The position numbers were made by a program, and so were the translations under genes. Of a stretch of DNA of 32,000 nucleotides, positions 26,464 to 32,000 are shown one piece after another (positions within the stretch are counted from its first letter, which is position 1; the number at the start of each line of letters is the position of its first letter). Source of the stretch: Nostoc punctiforme PCC 73102. Its GTDB lineage: Bacteria > Cyanobacteriota > Cyanobacteriia > Cyanobacteriales > Nostocaceae. The notes under the pieces were generated by a model. The model was not told where the DNA came from. It did no database searches and worked only from the letters and a program-made list of their open reading frames with translations. The stretch spans positions 1,170,001 through 1,202,000 of the forward strand of contig NC_010628.1 in NCBI RefSeq assembly GCF_000020025.1, read 5' to 3'.

Positions 26464-26582
26464 TCACTCCTTGAGTACCCAATTGACATGGGGTAGCGAT
26501 ACACAATACATCACGATTCAACCGTTAAGTTTTTAAAGATGAAAAATTTCTTTAATTTCAGGTTTAACCAATACAAGGATAG

Positions 26583-27557
26583 GTGGATATGGATCTGAGC
26601 TTAATTGTATCCAACATTTTGAATCCGCCAATCTTGTTTTTCTTTTTAGGCATGACTGCGGTTTTTGTCAAGTCCGATCTAGAAATTCCCCCACCAGTGC
26701 CTAAACTCCTTTCGTTGTATCTGCTGTTTGCCATTGGTTTTAAAGGAGGGGTAGAACTAATCAAAAGCGGACTTAATCAAGAAGTGATTCTAACACTCGC
26801 AGCAGCAATGATGATGGCTTGTGTTGTTCCAATTTACACCTTTTTTATTCTGAAGTGGAAATTGGATACTTACGATGCGGCTGCGATCGCAGCAACCTAT
26901 GGTTCTATCAGTGCCGTCACTTTCATCACTGCTGGCGCTTTTCTTAGTGAGCTTGGTATTCAGTATGATGGTTACATGGTAGCAGCTCTGGCCCTGATGG
27001 AATCTCCGGCGATCATTGTTGGTCTGATCTTGGTGAGTATATTCACCGCCGATGAAAAGCGAGAATTTGCTTGGTCAGAAGTTTTGCAAGAAGCATTTCT
27101 TAATAGTTCAGTTTTTCTCCTAGTTGGTAGCCTCTTAATCGGTGTCTTGACAGGAGAACGTGGTTGGCACGTATTAGAACCCTTTGCTCAAGGGTTGTTT
27201 TATGGCATTCTCACCTTCTTTTTACTGGATATGGGACTGGTGGCTGCCAGAAGAATTAAAGACTTGCAAAAAACCGGAGTTTTCCTGATTTTATTTGCCA
27301 TACTAATTCCTATACTCAATGCAGGCATTGGGTTAGCGATCGCCAAATTCATCGGTATGCCTCCGGGAAATTCGCTGTTATTCGCTGTATTGTGTGCCAG
27401 TGCTTCTTACATTGCTGTCCCGGCGGCGATGCGGATGACTGTTCCCGAAGCAAATCCCAGCCTATATGTTTCTACCGCTCTAGCAGTCACATTTCCGTTC
27501 AATATTATTGTGGGAATTCCGCTATATCTCTACGGAATTAACCTATTTTGGAGGTAA
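26583..27557 (+). CDS. sbtA: Sodium-dependent bicarbonate transporter family permease (SbtA-like, short form)
   Basis: 324 aa, about 10 TM segments. N-terminal signature NPPILFFFLGMTAVFVKSDLEIPPPVPKLLSLYLLFAIGFKGGVEL is typical of the SbtA family. GTG start at 26583, with an alternative ATG at 26589. Confidence 0.85.
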   Translation: MDMDLSLIVSNILNPPILFFFLGMTAVFVKSDLEIPPPVPKLLSLYLLFAIGFKGGVELIKSGLNQEVILTLAAAMMMACVVPIYTFFILKWKLDTYDAAAIAATYGSISAVTFITAGAFLSELGIQYDGYMVAALALMESPAIIVGLILVSIFTADEKREFAWSEVLQEAFLNSSVFLLVGSLLIGVLTGERGWHVLEPFAQGLFYGILTFFLLDMGLVAARRIKDLQKTGVFLILFAILIPILNAGIGLAIAKFIGMPPGNSLLFAVLCASASYIAVPAAMRMTVPEANPSLYVSTALAVTFPFNIIVGIPLYLYGINLFWR

Positions 27558-27561
27558 TAAT

Positions 27562-27873
27562 ATGCACGTAGTTAAAAAGATAGAAATTATTGCCAACTCC
27601 TTTGAGCTTGCCAAAATTTTAGAGAGTTTAGACAAGTCGGGTGTACATAGCCATGCCGTAATCCGCAATGTTGTTGGTAAAGGATTACGAGGAACGACAG
27701 AAGATTTAGACATGACCATGCTTGATAATGTTTACATCCTCGCATTTTGTATGCCAGAAGAACTCAAGCGTGTTGTCGAAAATATCAGACCAGTCCTCAA
27801 TAAGTTCGGAGGTACTTGCTACGTTTCCGATGTGATGGAAATTCGCTCTGTCAGATGTATCGCGTCTTTGTAA
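27562..27873 (+). CDS. sbtB: PII-like signalling protein (SbtB-like)
   Basis: I prefer the ATG at 27562 (MHVVKKIEIIANSFELAKILESLDKSGVHSHAVIRNVVGKGLRG..., 103 aa), preceded by GGAGG at 27550-27554 and starting 4 nt after the sbtA stop. It has a beta-alpha-beta PII layout with a T-loop-like GKGLRGTTEDLD. The longer track ORF (27508) overlaps sbtA. Confidence 0.8.
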   Translation: MHVVKKIEIIANSFELAKILESLDKSGVHSHAVIRNVVGKGLRGTTEDLDMTMLDNVYILAFCMPEELKRVVENIRPVLNKFGGTCYVSDVMEIRSVRCIASL

Positions 27874-27889
27874 GAGAGTTATAAATTCA

Positions 27890-28603
27890 ATGAAGCATTT
27901 CATGGAACGTCGTGACTTTTTGAAGTTGGGAATGACCGGGGCCTTTGGGATGATCCTATCTGCCAGCGATTTGCTCTGGCGGGTAGAACAGGCCAAAGCT
28001 GCCGACATCCCCTCAACTTCTGCTGAATCTCTCAGTCCCGATGCAGCTTTACAAAAGCTGATAGAGGGAAATCAGCGATTTGTCGATCATCATCCCCAAT
28101 ACCCCGATCAATCTGAACTGCGGCTGCACGAAGTTGCTCAAGCTCAACATCCATTTGCAACTATTCTTAGTTGTGCGGATTCACGAGTGCCGGCAGAAAT
28201 TGTTTTCGATCAGGGCATCGGGGATATCTTTGATGTTCGGATTGCCGGCAATATTGCCACACATGAAGCGATCGGCAGTATTGAATATGCCGTTGTTTTA
28301 TTAGGTTCTCCACTGTTGATGGTGATGGGCCATGAACGTTGTGGGGCTGTAACAGCAGCTGTACAAAAGGAATCGTTACCCGGTGATATTAGTACTTTTG
28401 TGAAGGCAATTAAGCCGGCCCTGAAAAAGGTCAAGGATCAGCCAGGTGACGCGGTTGAAAATGCTGTGGTGGCAAATGTGCAATATCAAATTGAACGGTT
28501 GCAAAAATCAAAGCTTTTAAGTGAGCAGGTGCAGTCAGGTAAACTGAAAATCGTGGGCGGTCGTTACGACTTGGATACAGGGAGAGTAACTATTATTACC
28601 TAG
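27890..28603 (+). CDS. Tat-exported beta-class carbonic anhydrase (EcaB-like)
   Basis: 237 aa. Twin-arginine signal MERRDFLKLGMTGAFGMILSA. Beta-CA zinc/catalytic motifs SCADSRV (C-x-D-x-R) and GHERCGAV (H-x-x-C). It starts 16 nt downstream of sbtB. Confidence 0.9.
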   Translation: MKHFMERRDFLKLGMTGAFGMILSASDLLWRVEQAKAADIPSTSAESLSPDAALQKLIEGNQRFVDHHPQYPDQSELRLHEVAQAQHPFATILSCADSRVPAEIVFDQGIGDIFDVRIAGNIATHEAIGSIEYAVVLLGSPLLMVMGHERCGAVTAAVQKESLPGDISTFVKAIKPALKKVKDQPGDAVENAVVANVQYQIERLQKSKLLSEQVQSGKLKIVGGRYDLDTGRVTIIT

Positions 28604-28612
28604 TTCGGGAGA

Positions 28613-28688
28613 TGAGGAGCAGGGGCAGGGAGCAGGGGAAGCAGGGGGAGAAAGAAGAACCAATGCCCAATGCCCAATTCCCAATTTC
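28613..28688. repeat. Intergenic heptamer arrays (GAGCAGG type, then CAATGCC type)
   Basis: gaggagc aggggca gggagca ggggaag caggggg.., then caatgcc caatgcc caattcc caatttc. It lies between the stops of the carbonic anhydrase and kinase genes. Confidence 0.85.
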
Positions 28689-30411
28689 AATCCTGCACAG
28701 TCATTGGTAGACGAATAGTGAAAGTAGAGCCAAGTCCTGGCTGACTTTTAACAATAATCTCACCACCCATCATCTGACAAAAGTGGCGGCTAATTGCCAA
28801 GCCCAGCCCTGTACCTCCATACTTTTTCGTAGTCGAAGTATCTCCTTGGGTAAAAGGTTGAAATAACTGCTGCTGTTGACGGTTAGACATACCTATACCT
28901 GTGTCGGTAACGGTAAAAGTAATCATACCCAAAGGAGCATCCAGTCGTAATTCCTCCTTTTCTCTCTTGACTGTCAGCGTCACCTTGCCATTTGTAGTGA
29001 ACTTACTGGCGTTGCTTAGTAAATTTAACAACACCTGCCGCATCCTAGTTTGATCGGCGTACATGGTGCCAAGTTGCTCATCAAAATGTACTTCTAAAAC
29101 ATTGGCATTTTTTTCTATAGCTGGTTTGACTGTGAGGACGACGTTATTAATTAGCGTCGCAATCTCAAATGTTTCTGGATAGAGAGTCATTTTCCCCGCT
29201 TCAATTTTTGACAAGTCGAGGATTTCGTTAATCAAGTGCAGTAGGTGTTTACCAGCAGAGTTAATTGTTTCTAAGTCGGTGATAAAGTCTGCCGATAAAC
29301 CAAGATCGGTAGCGTCGTCTTCTAGAAGTTGGCTCAAGCCAATGACAGCATTTAATGGTGTGCGTAATTCGTGGCTGACATTGGCTAAAAATACGCTTTT
29401 TGCCTTGCTAGCAGCTTCGGCTAACTCTTTAGCTTGTTGTAGTTCTTTGGTTCGCTCAGAGACTCGCTCAATCAGACGATTTAGAGATTTGGCAAGTAGG
29501 CCAATTTCATCTTCAGTGGTGACAGGCGCTCGCAAATCAAAATTATGTTTCCTCGCTACTTGTTCAGCTACTTGGGTAACGGTGATCACTGGTTCAGCGA
29601 TCGCTCGACTGGTACGCCAAGCTACAATGGCTGCGATCGCCACCGAAACGAGCATACTGATAATTACGATAAATCGCTCAACTATTTTTGCCTGCTCAAC
29701 GGCTTTTTGCCTTTCTTGCTCTTGATCCTCAGCAGTTTGCAGGATATTAGCCAAGCTTTCAGAAAGCTGATCTAGGCGCATGGCTGTTTCACCACGCATT
29801 ATTGTCAATAACTGCGATCGGGCAGTAGAAATTTGCTGAGGCTGCGCTGGTTGGGAGTCAATTTTTTGTAAGACGACCTCGATTTGCTCAACGTAAGCTT
29901 TTAAATTATTCTTGTAATCTAGCAATAGCGTCTGTAAAGTCGAACTTGTTGCCGCTAATCTTTTAGGCTTACTGTCAATAAATCCAGAAATTTTTGACTC
30001 TAATTGCTTGGCTTTTTCAACATTCTTCAAAAAATCAGCTTTTTTGGTTTGTAGTTGCTGTGAATTTTCTAATACAGCAACTAGATTAGAGCTATGTAAT
30101 TGCGCCCCTACTACTGCATCTCTATAATTACTCAGTAGTTGTCCTTGTTCATAAGCTTGATTGAATTGTCTTACTTCCCTGCCCCGGTAGTAGTTGGCAA
30201 TCACTAACCCAGTTAGCGCTCCAAAAAAGCCAATTCCGATAGCTACAAAGTACCCATAGCCAATTTTTTGATGGATGCGCCAAGAACTCGCTTTGAGTTT
30301 CCCTCGTGAGGGAAATTCTATGGTCGGTAGTTCGTCTGTCGATGGCTCTTCGGCTGACACTTTTTTGCTTTCTGAACTGCTATCGATAAGGGTTGGCTTT
30401 TGAGTTGGCAT
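28687..30411 (-). CDS. Membrane sensor histidine kinase (2 TM, extracytoplasmic coiled region, HAMP, HisKA, HATPase_c)
   Basis: 574 aa. TM1 [24 protein letters not shown]2 [19 protein letters not shown], a HAMP-like segment, H-box [19 protein letters not shown]-box [13 protein letters not shown]-boxes VTDTGIGM and [11 protein letters not shown]. Confidence 0.9.
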   Translation of the reverse strand: MPTQKPTLIDSSSESKKVSAEEPSTDELPTIEFPSRGKLKASSWRIHQKIGYGYFVAIGIGFFGALTGLVIANYYRGREVRQFNQAYEQGQLLSNYRDAVVGAQLHSSNLVAVLENSQQLQTKKADFLKNVEKAKQLESKISGFIDSKPKRLAATSSTLQTLLLDYKNNLKAYVEQIEVVLQKIDSQPAQPQQISTARSQLLTIMRGETAMRLDQLSESLANILQTAEDQEQERQKAVEQAKIVERFIVIISMLVSVAIAAIVAWRTSRAIAEPVITVTQVAEQVARKHNFDLRAPVTTEDEIGLLAKSLNRLIERVSERTKELQQAKELAEAASKAKSVFLANVSHELRTPLNAVIGLSQLLEDDATDLGLSADFITDLETINSAGKHLLHLINEILDLSKIEAGKMTLYPETFEIATLINNVVLTVKPAIEKNANVLEVHFDEQLGTMYADQTRMRQVLLNLLSNASKFTTNGKVTLTVKREKEELRLDAPLGMITFTVTDTGIGMSNRQQQQLFQPFTQGDTSTTKKYGGTGLGLAISRHFCQMMGGEIIVKSQPGLGSTFTIRLPMTVQD

Positions 30412-31348
30412 TTCTCAAACCTCCTTGCCTTCCCGCAAAAATTACCAAATCAGTTTAGCTTGTACAAACAGTTTAATTGGTTATTAACATTTACATTATC
30501 TTCTTTTATAGCAATAGCAAATCATTGCTTAGTAGATAATTCGCATAACCTCATATCCTATGAGTTACTTTGATAGCAATGTTGCTAAGTACACTTACTG
30601 AGGACTAACCGAATTCACTTTTTTCAAAAGTAACAAATAATTTCCCGAATTAAAGACCTGTCTGAAACTGTCTTCTCCTTACCACAATACTTTCCTCAAT
30701 ATACAGCTGAGCTGATAGCAATTAGTTCTTGCCATCAGGTAAGCCACTAGTCTACCTTACTGCTTCCTTATAAAATTAATACAATCAGGAAAAAAACAAA
30801 AGGTTTGATTATGGGGCATGGGGCATTAGGTTATTTCTGCCTCATCCCCAATTACCAGCACGCCTATCATAAAATAGGTTGAAAGTCTAGTCGATGTGAA
30901 TACACAAAAACTTTTATTACGTATTAATATCAATACGAATGCATTAATTGACGAACCCGGCTTAAGATAGCTTTAATATTGGCTAAAATCGGCTTTTAGG
31001 CTTATATAAATGAGAGGTGGGCTGATTTTGCCTGATTTGTACTTAGATTTAGTACGATTATGAACAAATGACACGGAATGGGATAATCACAACCAGAGGA
31101 TTCCAGTTGATTTAGAAAAGAACTCAGGAGGACGATTATAATACATCCTGCTCCCTTCTAAATTCTATCCTCCTACTGACTGTCTACCTTGTAGTTGATG
31201 CAGTAGATATTACGGGGCAATTATAGTTAAAGGGCACTAAAACCCTTTTGTGTCCTTTAACCAATTGTACTGATGCACTTGTGCATTACCTAACCAACAA
31301 CCTTTTGGTTGCAATTATCCAGATTAGAAAAACTCAACTGTCAAATTA

Positions 31349-31795
31349 ATGGGAGTGAAAATGCCAGAACAAGATTTTACTGAAACCGCATCTAAAGAGA
31401 CTACAGTGGCAGAGATCAACACCCAAACGGGAACCATCACAAAAGTCCAGCCTCCCGCACAGTCTCAAGATGAATGGCTAAAATACGGGGAGCAAGTTTC
31501 TACATTTTTAGCAACATTGCCAGAATATGTGGGAGGCTTCTTTAATGAATATAAGCAACCTCTGGTAACAGTTGGTTTAATTGTGGGATCAATTGTTGGT
31601 GTCAAAGTACTCTTGGCAATATTAGATGCTTTGAATGATATCCCTTTAGTAGCGCCTACTTTTGAGTTGATAGGGATTGGTTACTCTGCCTGGTTTGTTT
31701 ACCGCTATTTACTCAAAGCCTCAACTAGGAAAGAGTTAACTAGTGAAATCACCACTCTGAAATCACAAGTGGTTGGTAAAATTCCAGAAGCTTGA
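31349..31795 (+). CDS. curT: CAAD-domain / CURT1-family thylakoid membrane protein (CurT-like)
   Basis: 148 aa (or 144 aa from the ATG at 31361, which is preceded by GGGAG). Two adjacent TM helices: PLVTVGLIVGSIVGVKVLLAILDAL and APTFELIGIGYSAWFVYRYLL. A C-terminal amphipathic helix follows. Confidence 0.75.
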   Translation: MGVKMPEQDFTETASKETTVAEINTQTGTITKVQPPAQSQDEWLKYGEQVSTFLATLPEYVGGFFNEYKQPLVTVGLIVGSIVGVKVLLAILDALNDIPLVAPTFELIGIGYSAWFVYRYLLKASTRKELTSEITTLKSQVVGKIPEA

Positions 31796-31860
31796 TATCT
31801 AAATATCGCTTATCCTGCAAAGAGTTTACGCAAATACTCTAATTCAAAATCACCCTCTGT

Positions 31861-31893
31861 GTCTGATCTAAGGAAGCCTTAGATCAGACTTTT
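31861..31893 (+). terminator. Rho-independent terminator of the curT-like gene
   Basis: Perfect 13-bp stem GTCTGATCTAAGG-aag-CCTTAGATCAGAC (31861-31889), followed directly by TTTTCT. Confidence 0.8.
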
Positions 31894-31949
31894 CTCAAAA
31901 TCAAAAATTTTTGAATTTCTAATTGTGAATTTGCTGCAATAGGTTGGCC

Positions 31950-31999
31950 AAGAAGCAGAGGAATAAAGGATCGTTAAGAATCTTTCTCCTCTGCTTCTT
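31950..31999. repeat. 13-bp-stem hairpin at the right window edge
   Basis: AAGAAGCAGAGGA (31950-31962) / TCCTCTGCTTCTT (31987-31999) with a 24-nt loop. It may be a terminator for a gene beyond the window, or a dispersed palindrome. Confidence 0.35.
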
Positions 32000-32000
32000 T

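Noticed and set aside
26187-26582. Degraded PIN/VapC toxin downstream of the antitoxin-like gene
   Set aside because: Reading the three forward frames by eye gave only short stop-ridden stretches, with no PIN-like acidic motifs. I cannot exclude a remnant without a profile search.
26564-26764. Minus-strand 66-aa ORF overlapping the sbtA start, and the antisense ORFs within both histidine kinase genes, pcrA and the CA gene (e.g. 17521-17808, 24183-24458, 28210-28434, 29279-29725)
   Set aside because: All are embedded antisense or out of frame in genes with strong motif support. None has independent evidence.
27508-27561. N-terminal extension of the PII-like ORF overlapping the sbtA 3' end
   Set aside because: The ATG at 27562 is preceded by GGAGG at the correct spacing and begins the PII fold. 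The extension is the sbtA 3' end read in another frame.

Overview
This is a chromosomal segment from a filamentous, heterocyst-forming cyanobacterium of the Nostoc/Anabaena type. Three things support that call: frequent HIP1 octamers (GCGATCGC, e.g. 1556-1563, 2093-2100), many tandem heptamer (STRR-type) arrays, and the gene order sigC - furA - convergent peptidoglycan-binding gene known from Anabaena PCC 7120 (all1692-all1691-alr1690). The content is mostly core genes: tamB-like (partial), tRNA-Pro(CGG), lipA, gpsA, sigC, furA, a PG-binding protein, cobN, two sensor histidine kinases, pcrA, and a curT/CAAD protein. There are a few accessory-looking genes: an AT-rich ATP-grasp ligase, an orphan antitoxin-like ORF, an ABM monooxygenase broken by one amber codon, and a signal-peptide truncated globin. 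There is also a compact putative inorganic-carbon operon (short SbtA-like permease, PII-like protein, Tat-exported beta-carbonic anhydrase). I found no transposase, prophage, CRISPR array or recognisable defence island, and no convincing new multi-gene system. The most unusual signal is structural. Short repeat modules (heptamer arrays, 21-mers, a 28-nt palindrome, a 96-nt element) lie inside open reading frames, especially cobN, without breaking the frame. One 96-nt element occurs at about 97% identity in two divergent genes and is translated in a different frame in each. All product calls rest on motifs read by eye; no database search was possible.
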